NCBI GenBank assembly: GCA_041640595.1
Contig: JBEPZY010000008.1
Coordinates: forward strand, 104,484-168,483
From: Gemmatales bacterium
GTDB taxonomy: Bacteria > Planctomycetota > Planctomycetia > Gemmatales > HRBIN36
Reading direction: 5' to 3'
Length of the DNA stretch: 64,000 nt
Of the stretch, positions 8,882 to 18,780 are shown in pieces. Numbering within the stretch: position 1 is the stretch's first letter; every line of letters starts with the position of its first letter. The notes beneath the pieces are model-generated. The model was not told the origin of the DNA, did not search any database, and worked only from the letters and a program-made list of their open reading frames with translations. A program made the translations under genes and the position numbers.

Positions 8882-11179
8882 TCATTGACAACGGACTGCG
8901 ATCACGGCGCTGTTATCCGAGCCGCCATAAGCATTGGCCAGGTTGACCAGCCGGCGGGCACACATTTCTGCGGAATCGGCCCGCTGAATCATCTCGGCCA
9001 GAGTTGCCTCGTCCACGTGGCCAGTCAAACCGTCGCTGCACAGGATCAGCCAATCTCCAGGTTTGAGCGTCACGGCCAAGGTCTGCGGCTCGACAAACGG
9101 CTGGGCACCCAGGGCTTGCTGCAATTCGTTTTTTCGCGGATGCTGTTCCGCCTCTTCCGGTGTCAGCTGACCCAGCTCGACCAGCCGATTCACCAGCGTG
9201 TGGTCACGGGTCAACTGTCGGAGCTGGCCTTCGGAATAAAGGTAAGTGCGACTGTCGCCCACATGAGCGATGACCGCCTGCGAACCGCAGATGACCAGCA
9301 TCTCGCAGGTACAGCCCATGCCGCGCTTTCCCTGCGGTGAACGCGAAAACTGATACAGGTGCTGGTTTACGTCGCGGAGCAAGTCAAAAAGAAACTTGCG
9401 GCAGGCGTCGGTATCGAAAGCGCCGTCGGGCGCTTCGCCCAGCAAAGATTTTGCGTAATCGCTTTGAAAGAAACGCCGGCGAAGCTCGTGAATGGCCATG
9501 GCGGCGGCAACTTCGCCGGCTTCGTAACCTCCCATGCCATCGCACAAAATAGCCAGCACCGTTTCGCCCAACCGTTCTTCAAATCCCGAGCTGGAGTGCC
9601 AGAAGGCGAATGCGTCTTCGTTATTGCTCCGGAGCTTGCCGATATTGCTCCAGCCAGCAATATCCAATCGGGTAATGTTCAACTGCTGGCCGGCGTTGCG
9701 CAGTGCACGGGCCAGTTCATCCCAGCCGGTAGGATCGGTGCGAGCAGCTTCGTCTGTCGGAAAACGGTGCTGTTTATCGCGGACAAAAGTTTTCATGACC
9801 AGCCGGGCGTATGCCGGATGGGCGTCGGGGAAACGGAACACCAGCGGTTTGGGAACCCACGAGCTTTCAAAGTCAGTTTCCGTCAATTCGTGGCCGAGGT
9901 ACAGCGCGTACAAAACCGCTCCGAAACTATAAAGCGGCGAACGAGCATCCACTTCGTGAGGTTCCAGCACCAGTTCCGGCGGAGTGTAGGGAGTCGCTGC
10001 CAGGTGCGTTCGCGCCGTATAGGGCAAACTCACCAGCAGGCTCAGATCGGTGAGCGTCAGCTGGCCGCGTTCGTTGAGTCGCAGCAATTCCGGCTTCAGA
10101 TACTCCGGAATCGCTCCCGCCGTTGCCAGCGCTTTCAAGGAGTCTGCGAAATCGGCCAGCAAGTTGAAGCGAGCCGGCATCGTGTAAGCTGGGTCGTCAA
10201 ACACCTGCCACAGATCCGGTCCGCTGGCCGCTTCTTCCACCGCAAAAACACTTCGCCCATCGCACAACACATCGAGTACCCGTGGCCAGCTGGCATGTTG
10301 CACGGTTTCCAGCAGAGCAATTTCCCATCCTAACTCGGGCCAGGCGGTGCCTATTTCGGCAGGGACATGGAACCGCCCGATAGCCACGGTGGCGCCGTTG
10401 TTCTGGCTGACCGCTTGCTGCACCAGGATGACTGGACGATTGTCATGACTCCGGTCTCGTGCCAGATAGCGAATCGTGTTTACCCGCCGCGACATCTCCT
10501 GGACGATCTCATAGCGTCCCGCCACCAGCGTGCCCGGTGGCAACGAGTCGGCCGACGGAAGCGCAGCCGCTGTCGGCAAGGCAGTCATTTCACCGTCAGG
10601 AAAACTGTAACCGCAATCCTGGCAGAACTGGCTTTCCAGGGGCAGAGTGGTTCCGCAGGCCGGGCAGGTTTTCGCCTCAACAGCTAAAACCGGTGTGGTG
10701 GGCGGCAATGTCGCCGCTTGGTCTTTCGGAGAAGACTGGTCGCTCGGGGTCATCGGAACCTCGACTGCATGGGCCCCTGTTGGCGGGCTACCAATCGGTT
10801 GAGCCACTGGCAAGGAAGTGCCCAGCTTTTCGGCAGATCTCGATTCCACGGACGGCAGGGGCGATGCCATACCGGTAGCCGTTCCGGCAGCGTGCTCCGC
10901 CCGGTTAACGAAATCCTCGAGCCAGCTGGTACGCGGGGCCATACCGGCATCCATTCCAGTGCTATGCGACGCCGAAGCTGGTGGAACCAATTCCGCGACC
11001 GGCAAACTGTCCACGGTAACTCCCGGCGGGAGCGTGCTGGGGTTCAAAACCACGGCCGTAGGCAAATCTTCTCCCGCACCCTGAGCAGTTGGGGTGTTCG
11101 TAACTGAGCCAGCCCCGGTCGCAGGTCCGGTTGCCGATGGCATGCTGGACGGCTGATGGCTTTCCGCTTCTGACGGCAT
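8882..11179 (-). CDS. Zn-ribbon / degenerate Ser-Thr kinase / PP2C phosphatase fusion protein
   Basis: CPACG..CQDCG ribbon and a kinase-like fold (GRYEIV, LKPE, YTPPEL, LYSFGAVLY) lacking HRD and DFG. PP2C motifs RSNNEDAF, LCDGMGG, HVGDSR, LCSDGL, GGSDN are intact. Start at 11179 or 11215. Confidence 0.88.
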   Translation of the reverse strand: MPSEAESHQPSSMPSATGPATGAGSVTNTPTAQGAGEDLPTAVVLNPSTLPPGVTVDSLPVAELVPPASASHSTGMDAGMAPRTSWLEDFVNRAEHAAGTATGMASPLPSVESRSAEKLGTSLPVAQPIGSPPTGAHAVEVPMTPSDQSSPKDQAATLPPTTPVLAVEAKTCPACGTTLPLESQFCQDCGYSFPDGEMTALPTAAALPSADSLPPGTLVAGRYEIVQEMSRRVNTIRYLARDRSHDNRPVILVQQAVSQNNGATVAIGRFHVPAEIGTAWPELGWEIALLETVQHASWPRVLDVLCDGRSVFAVEEAASGPDLWQVFDDPAYTMPARFNLLADFADSLKALATAGAIPEYLKPELLRLNERGQLTLTDLSLLVSLPYTARTHLAATPYTPPELVLEPHEVDARSPLYSFGAVLYALYLGHELTETDFESSWVPKPLVFRFPDAHPAYARLVMKTFVRDKQHRFPTDEAARTDPTGWDELARALRNAGQQLNITRLDIAGWSNIGKLRSNNEDAFAFWHSSSGFEERLGETVLAILCDGMGGYEAGEVAAAMAIHELRRRFFQSDYAKSLLGEAPDGAFDTDACRKFLFDLLRDVNQHLYQFSRSPQGKRGMGCTCEMLVICGSQAVIAHVGDSRTYLYSEGQLRQLTRDHTLVNRLVELGQLTPEEAEQHPRKNELQQALGAQPFVEPQTLAVTLKPGDWLILCSDGLTGHVDEATLAEMIQRADSAEMCARRLVNLANAYGGSDNSAVIAVRCQ

Positions 11180-11195
11180 GATTGGCTCCTGCAGA

Positions 11196-12713
11196 CTAAC
11201 GCAATCGGTTACCACAGTGAATGCAAAAGCGGCTGCCCATGCGGTTGGACTTACCGCAGTGCTGACAGGGTGGCGACAGATCGGTCAACGGAGCGGCACA
11301 TTTGACGCAGTAAGGCTGGCGAACAGGATTTACCGCCTGACAACGGGGACAATTTATCTCCCGGGTCACCCGCCGCGCCTCCAGATCTGCCTTGAACTCC
11401 CGTGCGGTGAAATACCGGTCGTTGACGTCTTCGGAAAGATTGATGCGAATCAGCTCGTAGAACCAGCGGTGAGCCGGGGGAATAGCACCATCCGGCATGG
11501 CGAGAAGTTCATCAATTTCCTTGGCGGTGTAAAAACCTTCCGGTGGCCGACCGGTTGCCAGATGGTACAGAGTTCCCGCCAAGGCGAACAGATCGCTGCG
11601 AGGCTCCGGTTTACCCACAATTTGCTCGGGCGGAGCATACCCTTCGGTGTACACTCGCGTCTTGGCTTGCAAACGTGTGCGTGAAGTGCGGCCCAGGTCG
11701 CGGGCCGTGCCAAAGTCTATCATCTTGATACTCCGACCATCGGCCAGCAACATAATGTTGTCCGGCTTGAGGTCGCGGTGAACCACCGGCGGCTCCATGC
11801 GGTGCATGTGATCCAGAACATCGCAAATCTGTTTCCCCCACTCGATCACCATGTCCAGCGGGAACGGCCGATGATTGTTTTGTTCCATCACCTTGACCAG
11901 GTCGGTGCCCTCAATGAACTCCATGACCAGGTGCGCCGACTGCCCTTTCTGGATGAACTCGTAAATCCGCGGAACGATCGGCAAGGAAGACAGGGCGCGA
12001 AGTATCTCGGCCTCGCGCCGGAAAAAGCTGAGCCGAATCTTGAACTCCTCCGGGTCGGGACAGATCATGTCTTTGATGGCGACGGTCTGGCCGGTACGCG
12101 TGTCCACAGCGCGATAGACCGCGCCGAAACCTCCCATGGCGATCAACTTCTCAATACGGTAACGCCCTTCGAGCATACTGCCGGGTGCGCTGGGCAAAAG
12201 GCAATTGCACCGCTGGCAGTAACGTTCCCCGACCGGATTCGCGGCACCGCACGCGGGGTTGGTGCAGATCACCACCGGTGCGCCGGTTTCGTCGGCCCGT
12301 GCAGCTTCGGAGGTCCAGCCACACTCCAGGCACATGGTCGCGCCGGGAGGTAAAGCCGCCCCACACGCCGGACATTGCCCCAATGGTCCAACCACACGGG
12401 TCGGCGGACGGATTACCACGGACTCTGCGCTGAGATTGTCGGAACTTGCATCCCCCGGCCTGGAAGCAGGCGAACCCGCAGGTGCGGACGGCATGGGGGC
12501 AGTCCGTCCCGGTGCTGCGCTCGAAGATGGGGTCATGCCTGCGGAAGACGGGGCACCGACGCTGCCAGGAGCTGGAGCGGTGACTTGACCCGCCTGGGCT
12601 ACCGTTGCCGTGAACACTTTCTGGCAGGTGGGACAACGCACCGGATGGTTGGCAAACTGGTCGGCAATTTGAGCCGGTTTGCGGCAGTGTGGACAATGGA
12701 CGATCAGGGGCAT
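11196..12713 (-). CDS. Ser/Thr protein kinase with multiple zinc ribbons
   Basis: GGFGAVY, VAIK, HRDLKPDN, IDFG and GYAPPEQ, with several CxxC pairs at both termini. Confidence 0.93.
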   Translation of the reverse strand: MPLIVHCPHCRKPAQIADQFANHPVRCPTCQKVFTATVAQAGQVTAPAPGSVGAPSSAGMTPSSSAAPGRTAPMPSAPAGSPASRPGDASSDNLSAESVVIRPPTRVVGPLGQCPACGAALPPGATMCLECGWTSEAARADETGAPVVICTNPACGAANPVGERYCQRCNCLLPSAPGSMLEGRYRIEKLIAMGGFGAVYRAVDTRTGQTVAIKDMICPDPEEFKIRLSFFRREAEILRALSSLPIVPRIYEFIQKGQSAHLVMEFIEGTDLVKVMEQNNHRPFPLDMVIEWGKQICDVLDHMHRMEPPVVHRDLKPDNIMLLADGRSIKMIDFGTARDLGRTSRTRLQAKTRVYTEGYAPPEQIVGKPEPRSDLFALAGTLYHLATGRPPEGFYTAKEIDELLAMPDGAIPPAHRWFYELIRINLSEDVNDRYFTAREFKADLEARRVTREINCPRCQAVNPVRQPYCVKCAAPLTDLSPPCQHCGKSNRMGSRFCIHCGNRLR

Positions 12714-12725
12714 GGTGCTACTCGC

Positions 12726-13679
12726 TTATGCAGTTGCACTGGGCGAAGGTTTGGGTCGCTGGCTGCGGGCGCGGCTGCGAAAGATCAGCACGCAGTCACC
12801 AACACGAATACGGTCACCCGACTGCAAGCGGCGTTTTTCACTGACGCGCCGTTCGTTGACGAAAGTGCCGCCGGGAGTTTGGCCATCTTCGATGTAATAA
12901 TCCGGCCCCTCGACCAGGATTCGGGCGTGCAGTTTTTCTACCCCCTTGGCACCGTAAAGACCGATGTCGCACCCTTCGGCCCGCCCAATGGTAATGATAG
13001 GTTTGGTGATGAGAATCTCCCGGCCAGGACGAAAACCGCTTTCGACAATCACCCAGGCGTCCCGCAGTACTATCTGAGCCAGACCGATAAACAGCCCGAT
13101 CAACGCTCCGAGGGTTGTCCAGCCAACACCAGAAGGGCTGAGGGCCTCCCCACTGCCCGTGATTCGCGTCAAGGCGCTCTGGAGGGCCACAAGCGCAATT
13201 CCGCCTAATAATCCGCCGATACTGCCCCCGATAGCGCCGTTGCGAAGTTTCCGTACCGCTCCGCGCACCTCCTGCCGGGCAAGCAATAGTTTTAGTAGCG
13301 CTGGCAGTCCCAGCCCCGTTCCGATTAGCGCTCCGGTTATGAGCCAGCCAATGACCCGCAGGTATTCACTCATCAAGGCCAACAACTGCCCGATGATACC
13401 GCCGATCAAGCCAGCCAGTCCGCCCAGAACCAGATTGGTTACCGTGGCCGGGATGGCTGTTACGGTTCGGCCACCGGAAGCCGCCAGGGCATCCACCACT
13501 CCCAGGACAGCACCAACCAGCGCACCGAGAATGGCTCCCTGTAAGGCGGCTCGCAGCAGCAGCTTCCAGGTCTCCGTCTCGCCCGCCGTCCCGAACACAA
13601 TCCGGGACACCAACCAGGCAAGCAGCGCTGCAAATGCCCCGCCAATGGCCATGTAATACGCATATAGCCGAAATGACAT
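12726..13679 (-). CDS. Polytopic membrane protein with C-terminal FHA domain
   Basis: Gly-rich TM helices followed by ITIGRAEGCDIGL..VEKLHARI..GGTFVNE..LQSGDRIRVG. Confidence 0.88.
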   Translation of the reverse strand: MSFRLYAYYMAIGGAFAALLAWLVSRIVFGTAGETETWKLLLRAALQGAILGALVGAVLGVVDALAASGGRTVTAIPATVTNLVLGGLAGLIGGIIGQLLALMSEYLRVIGWLITGALIGTGLGLPALLKLLLARQEVRGAVRKLRNGAIGGSIGGLLGGIALVALQSALTRITGSGEALSPSGVGWTTLGALIGLFIGLAQIVLRDAWVIVESGFRPGREILITKPIITIGRAEGCDIGLYGAKGVEKLHARILVEGPDYYIEDGQTPGGTFVNERRVSEKRRLQSGDRIRVGDCVLIFRSRARSQRPKPSPSATA

Positions 13680-13832
13680 ATCCGCCCCGCGGCTGTTTCT
13701 GACGCCGTGTTTGCCAGGCGCACTTGTCGGCCGACACTAAAGTGAGCCTTATCTTTTGCTACGATCCGGTTGACCTTGAGTCAACCGCCCATCCTGCCAG
13801 GCAGAGCCATCCTGTCAGGCAAAGCGTGGATG

Positions 13833-15098
13833 TCAGGCCTTCGGAAGCGCTTGCTCAATCCAGCCGCCGCCCAGCACCCGGCTTCCGTCATAGCAAACCG
13901 CCAGCTGACCGGGAGTGACAGCCAGCTGGGGTTCGTCAAAGACAATGCGTACCCGCTGCTCGGCTAAAGGCTCCACACTGGCCGGAACCGCTGCGGCACG
14001 ATAGCGGATTTTCACCTGGCATCTTCGTGTTCCCGATACCGGTTCGATCAGCCAGTTGAAGCGTTCGGCAATCAGGCCCGGACTGAGGCATTCCTCGCGG
14101 CTACCGACAACGACCGTGTTATCCGCAGGCAGAATGGCCAGGACATACCGTCTCTGACCAGCCGCAAAGCCGAGTCCCTTGCGTTGACCGATGGTGAAGT
14201 GCTCTATTCCCGTGTGCCGTGCCAGCACCCGGCCAGAGCTGTCCACGATGAGACCGGCGGTGTTTCGCTCCGGGCGACGCCGCCGCACAAACGCTGCGTG
14301 ATCCCCATCGGGAACGAAACATATCTCCTGGCTGTCCGGTTTATTGTGCACAGGTAGTCCCGCCTGCCGAGCCAGTTCGCGGATTTGCAACTTCGTATAT
14401 TCGCCAATCGGAAACAGTATCCGCTCCAGTAGTTGGCGGCGAATCCCTGCCAGCACGTAGGACTGATCCTTGGACGGGTCAACGGCACAATGCAGCTCTG
14501 GCCCGGTGGCACCGCGAACGATCCGGGCATAATGACCCGTTGCAATAAAATCGGCAGCCAGTTGCCGCCCATAGCTCCACAGCTGACCAAACTTGAGCCA
14601 GTTATTGCACACCACGCAGGGATTCGGCGTGCGTCCGGCCAGATACTCATCGGCGAAGTAGTCCATAATGCGGCCGAAAGCCTGCGAAAAATCCAGTGCG
14701 TAGAAGGGGATATCAAGCATCTCGGCTACCCGCCGGGCATCCGCTGCATCCAGCGAAGAGCAGCAGCCGACATGCCGCCTGGGTCGACCGGTTTGCCGGT
14801 GAACATCAGCGACTGCGACGGAATCGCGGTTCTCTCCCCGGGTAGCCAGCCCAGCATGCCTGTCAGCAACCGCGGCTGTTACGGTCTGGTGCAGCGAATC
14901 GGCCTTGCTGCGACCAAACGAGCGTGCATCTTCTGGATCGAGTGTCGAATCGGTCGGTTCTGCGATTTCACAATTTTCCGCTTGCACACCGGTGCGCATG
15001 AATAGCCCGATGACCTCGTAGCCCTGCTGCTTGAGAAGCCACGCGGCCACGGAGCTATCCACACCACCACTCATAGCGACGACGACACGTGGACGCAT
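13833..15098 (-). CDS. mnmA: tRNA 2-thiouridine(34) synthase MnmA
   Basis: Motifs VVVAMSGGVDSS, GCCS, GRTPNPCVVCN, ATGHYA, KDQSY, DSQEICF, FTIGQRKG, VTPGQ. Confidence 0.96.
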   Translation of the reverse strand: MRPRVVVAMSGGVDSSVAAWLLKQQGYEVIGLFMRTGVQAENCEIAEPTDSTLDPEDARSFGRSKADSLHQTVTAAVADRHAGLATRGENRDSVAVADVHRQTGRPRRHVGCCSSLDAADARRVAEMLDIPFYALDFSQAFGRIMDYFADEYLAGRTPNPCVVCNNWLKFGQLWSYGRQLAADFIATGHYARIVRGATGPELHCAVDPSKDQSYVLAGIRRQLLERILFPIGEYTKLQIRELARQAGLPVHNKPDSQEICFVPDGDHAAFVRRRRPERNTAGLIVDSSGRVLARHTGIEHFTIGQRKGLGFAAGQRRYVLAILPADNTVVVGSREECLSPGLIAERFNWLIEPVSGTRRCQVKIRYRAAAVPASVEPLAEQRVRIVFDEPQLAVTPGQLAVCYDGSRVLGGGWIEQALPKA

Positions 15099-15206
15099 CA
15101 CACGCAAATGGAAGCCAGGCGACAACTGCTTCTTATGCTGGGCATCTCATTGTATGCGGGCATTGCCGGACGATGCCATGCGGTGCCGACAACCCTTTTT
15201 ACGGCA

Positions 15207-15236
15207 CGAGGTTCGGCGCACACGCACCGAACCTCG
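15207..15236. terminator. Strong hairpin between the SGNH hydrolase gene and mnmA (terminator or REP-like)
   Basis: cgaggttcgg...ccgaacctcg perfect 10-bp inverted repeat, extendable with G-U pairs. No clear U tail on the minus strand. Confidence 0.45.
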
Positions 15237-15292
15237 CCAAAAGGAGAAGGTGCAGAAAAATCGGAGAGTCTAGCTATTGCTGCCGGGTGAAA

Positions 15293-16048
15293 CTATTGCT
15301 TGAGCAATTCCAGGATCACCGGTTTGACCGCCTGGGCCCACAATTCGTAACCCTTTTCGGACAGGTGCAGGAAGTCGGGCATGATCTCCTGAGGGATTGT
15401 TCCATCCTGCCGGATAAACAGATGGCCGATGTCCATATACTTCACCGTCTTCCCGCCATCGTCCAGTTTGGAGATGATCTGGTTGACTCGAGCAATCTTT
15501 TCGCGCTGAGCCTTGGTGGCCGGGTTATTCGGGTCTTTGCCGCGCGGGAAAATGCCCAGGAGCAGCACCTTCGTTTTCGGCGAACGCTTGTGGATTTCCC
15601 GGACGATGGCGGTGATGCCTTCGGCGATTTCCTCGGCGGTGTTATCATTGCCGTTGGAGTTATTGGTGCCGATCATCAGCATGACGACCTTTGGCTGAAT
15701 GCCGTCCAGTTCGCCATTCTGAATCCGCCACAGGACGTGCTGCGTGCGGTCGCCACCGATACCGAAATTAGCAGTTTTCAGGGGCGCGAATTCCCGTTCG
15801 AAGACCTTGCTGCCCGCTGCCTTGGGATTGTGCCCTTCCCCGCCCCAGGCGTCGGTGATGGAATCACCGAGGAACAGCACTTCCACGCCGCCCCGCTTGG
15901 CAATGGCCACGAACGTTTCGTGCCGTTTCAGCCAGTTGGGATCGCGCGGCACTGGCTTGATCGCCGAGTGGAGTTTTTCCTGAGCTGAAAGCACCGCCGG
16001 CAGCAGAATGACCGCCAGCATTCCCAGTTGCCGTTTCCAGGTTCCCAT
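15293..16048 (-). CDS. Secreted GDSL/SGNH hydrolase (PAF-acetylhydrolase-like)
   Basis: Signal peptide, FLGDSIT, NFGIGGDRTQHVLWR, MIGTNN, MPDFLHLS. Confidence 0.92.
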   Translation of the reverse strand: MGTWKRQLGMLAVILLPAVLSAQEKLHSAIKPVPRDPNWLKRHETFVAIAKRGGVEVLFLGDSITDAWGGEGHNPKAAGSKVFEREFAPLKTANFGIGGDRTQHVLWRIQNGELDGIQPKVVMLMIGTNNSNGNDNTAEEIAEGITAIVREIHKRSPKTKVLLLGIFPRGKDPNNPATKAQREKIARVNQIISKLDDGGKTVKYMDIGHLFIRQDGTIPQEIMPDFLHLSEKGYELWAQAVKPVILELLKQ

Positions 16049-16114
16049 GAGGACTCCTCCTTTGGTGTGCCTGTAAGCTGTGGCTATCGCTAGGCGTGAT
16101 ACCGTGCATCAGCC

Positions 16115-16534
16115 TTAGTGCCCGTGGTCAGCGTGATGGTGCTGGTGCTCGTGATGATGGGCCGGCGCAGTCGCTTGCAGCGTGATTTCAACTGGATGCC
16201 ACGAAAAGACTTCCTGTAACCAACCGCACAACAGAATGGAACCGAAAAGGAGCACGGTCATGGTCAGTGGAGCCAGAATTGCAGGTTTCCAGTCCGCAAG
16301 CCAGGGCAGCTGCAGGTGCCACGCCAGGAAACTGATCAACCCCAGTACCAGCAACAGAGGAAGCCAGGCACCACGAGCCAGCGCTGGCCAGAACTGTCGC
16401 CAGTCCACCAACCACAACCACCATCCAAGCCAGCCGATAAGCAGCGCGTAATCGAACCCCAGACGTGTCAGTATGCTCAGCAAGCGCACCAGGTCGCGGC
16501 CCAGGTCGAGTAGGACTGTGATTAACTCCTGCAT
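16115..16534 (-). CDS. Membrane protein with His-rich C-terminal tail
   Basis: MQELITVLL... from ATG 16534, with Trp-rich TM segments and ending HHHEHQHHHADHGH. The longer track ORF is an antisense extension over the phosphoesterase gene. Confidence 0.7.
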   Translation of the reverse strand: MQELITVLLDLGRDLVRLLSILTRLGFDYALLIGWLGWWLWLVDWRQFWPALARGAWLPLLLVLGLISFLAWHLQLPWLADWKPAILAPLTMTVLLFGSILLCGWLQEVFSWHPVEITLQATAPAHHHEHQHHHADHGH

Positions 16535-16657
16535 GGCGAGCCTCGTGGATTGACAGTTTTTGCTGCGTATGATAGAAGCGCAGCCCTTCGGGTGCAAGAG
16601 ATAGGAAAAAATCACGAACGGAGGCACCGATCCAGACCGTCTGAGTTTTTGGCCGCC

Positions 16658-17149
16658 ATGATTCTCGGCGTGATTAGCGATACTCACGGCCATCAGCAAG
16701 CGGTATCGGCAGCGCTGCGGTTGTTGCAGGCACGTGGGGCAAACTGTATAGTGCATTGCGGCGATGTGGATGACGCATCTACTCTTTATCTGTTTGCCGG
16801 TACCACCCTGCATCTGGTGCTGGGCAACTGCGATCCGCCTGCGCAACGGTTGCAGGAAGTCATAGACGAGATCGGAGCCAGGCTGCACGGCCGGTTTGGT
16901 ACCCTGCAGCTGGCGGACCGGCGTTTCGCGTTTTTGCACGGGGATGACCGCCAGCGTCTCGATTACACCATTCGCAGCGGTAGCTTCGACGTGGTCTTCC
17001 ACGGACACACGCACCAGCGCCGCTGCGTTCGCCTGGGCCGAACTCTGGTAGTCAATCCCGGCGCCCTGATCCGCGTCGCTACCCCGACAGTGGCTCTTGT
17101 CCATCTGCCAAAAGTCGAGGTGGAGTTTCTCGATGTTCCCGTCGCCTGA
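16658..17149 (+). CDS. YfcE/MJ0936-family metallophosphoesterase
   Basis: GVISDTHG, HCGD, GNCD, HGD, GHTH, NPGA. Confidence 0.92.
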   Translation: MILGVISDTHGHQQAVSAALRLLQARGANCIVHCGDVDDASTLYLFAGTTLHLVLGNCDPPAQRLQEVIDEIGARLHGRFGTLQLADRRFAFLHGDDRQRLDYTIRSGSFDVVFHGHTHQRRCVRLGRTLVVNPGALIRVATPTVALVHLPKVEVEFLDVPVA

Positions 17150-17323
17150 CCTGACCCGGTCAGGCTGATATTTCCCCTATCCTCGGCGTATTCGTCACGA
17201 CTGCGGCAGTTTCGGAAGCTAAAATAGTTTGCCAGGCTGCACACAAACCGGCTGTTTTGTTACAATTGCATGGGCAGCAAAGCAAAGCCAAGAGGTGCCG
17301 TTGATTAGCGGGAAAATCCAGCC

Positions 17324-18106
17324 ATGACCATCTTCAGCCGCATCCTGGCGTTCGCCAACTTCATCGCCGCCGTGGTAACGATTTACTTCCTGATACAGGC
17401 GTTTGTAGCCCGCATGGCGTGGCAAAGGGAATTACGGCGATTAGAAGAGGAACGCGACGGAGTAACCACAGCGAAGTTGGAACAGCTCATCCGTCGGGAT
17501 TATCCCGAAGAGGTGCAGAAGCTCGAAAAGGACAGGCCACAGTCGGAAGAAGCCTGGCGAGCTGACCTGCTCAGGAAAATTTTATTTCCGCCGGAAAAGC
17601 CGGATCTGCTTGCTGATCCCGACAACACGCAAGAATCGATCCGCCGTACGGAAGAATTGATCCGCCGTTACGGACTGAAGTACGATGAAGTGCGGAGTGT
17701 TGTGGAAGAGCATATCGGTCGTGTGCGGAAGGAACTGGACATCGAAGAGCAGACGTTAAAGCATCGCCGCCGGGAACTGGAAACGCTGCGAGCGACTGCC
17801 CTAACTGCTATCCGCGAGGCCGAGGAACGGTTGAAGTCGCTGCAACAACAAGTGGCAACCGAACTGGCACAGCACCAGAAGATACGCCAACTCATCCATC
17901 AGCGACGATTGCAGATCGCCTTCTGGCTGGCACGATTATCGGAAGCGTATGCTGCCCGCGAAGTCGCCGCTGCACGGCTTCGGGATATGGAAGATGAGCG
18001 CCTGGCGCTGGAGAAAGAAGCCCAGGAACTCGAAAAGACCTGCCTGGAACTGCTCAAGCAAATCAAGGAGCTGGAACTAAAACAACTGCCGCGGAGCCGC
18101 CCATGA
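17324..18106 (+). CDS. N-terminally membrane-anchored coiled-coil protein
   Basis: Single N-terminal TM helix (MTIFSRILAFANFIAAVVTIYFL) and an E/R/L/K-rich coiled coil. Confidence 0.8.
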   Translation: MTIFSRILAFANFIAAVVTIYFLIQAFVARMAWQRELRRLEEERDGVTTAKLEQLIRRDYPEEVQKLEKDRPQSEEAWRADLLRKILFPPEKPDLLADPDNTQESIRRTEELIRRYGLKYDEVRSVVEEHIGRVRKELDIEEQTLKHRRRELETLRATALTAIREAEERLKSLQQQVATELAQHQKIRQLIHQRRLQIAFWLARLSEAYAAREVAAARLRDMEDERLALEKEAQELEKTCLELLKQIKELELKQLPRSRP

Positions 18107-18780
18107 GCTGGTTTGGGAAAAGTCTGGTCGTGCTCAACACGATCGTAAGCCTGATTCTGCTGGGTGCCATCACCTGGATGGTGATAGAACAGCGGGAGTT
18201 TGAGGCAGAGCGTCAAAAACGCCAGAGCGAGATCAACAAACAGCGCGAGCAATGGACTAACGTAACCAACACACTCGCAGGATTGCTAAAAGAACAGCGC
18301 GAAGGTAACCGCCCCTTTGTTTGGACGGAGCGCGTGGAAGACAAGCGAACCGTGCCACAGGAAGTCATCAAAGTTGCCGAGGCAAGACGCCGGGTTCAAG
18401 AACTCGAGCATGGAGGAACGAACATGCCCTCCCTGGCCGACCTGGCGGCACAACTGAAAAAGATTTACGACGAAAGCACTCTCGAACGGGATAAACTCGA
18501 CAAAGCACAACAGGAAACCCGTGCACTCGGCGAGCAACTGGCACAGGTTACCGCTGCCGCCGTGCAACTTCAGCCAGCTCCCGGTAAGCCTGGCCCTGTC
18601 GAGGAACTGCAACAGCAACAACGCGAAATTGAGCTGAAGATGCGCGATCTCGAATTGCCGCTCAACCTGGCCCGTCTGCAACGGCAAGTGCTGGCGTTTC
18701 GCAAAACCCAGCTGAGCAGTCGTCTGCGCGAGTTGCAACGGTTGCTCCAGCTTCCTTCCCTTTCAGCACAACAGGACTAA
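18103..18780 (+). CDS. N-terminally membrane-anchored coiled-coil protein
   Basis: MSWFGKSLVVLNTIVSLILLG TM helix, coiled coil, and ATGA overlap with the upstream gene. Confidence 0.8.
   Translation: MSWFGKSLVVLNTIVSLILLGAITWMVIEQREFEAERQKRQSEINKQREQWTNVTNTLAGLLKEQREGNRPFVWTERVEDKRTVPQEVIKVAEARRRVQELEHGGTNMPSLADLAAQLKKIYDESTLERDKLDKAQQETRALGEQLAQVTAAAVQLQPAPGKPGPVEELQQQQREIELKMRDLELPLNLARLQRQVLAFRKTQLSSRLRELQRLLQLPSLSAQQD

Noticed and set aside
14772..14990. Possible intein in MnmA
   Set aside because: Too short, and it lacks the Cys/Ser start and His-Asn end.
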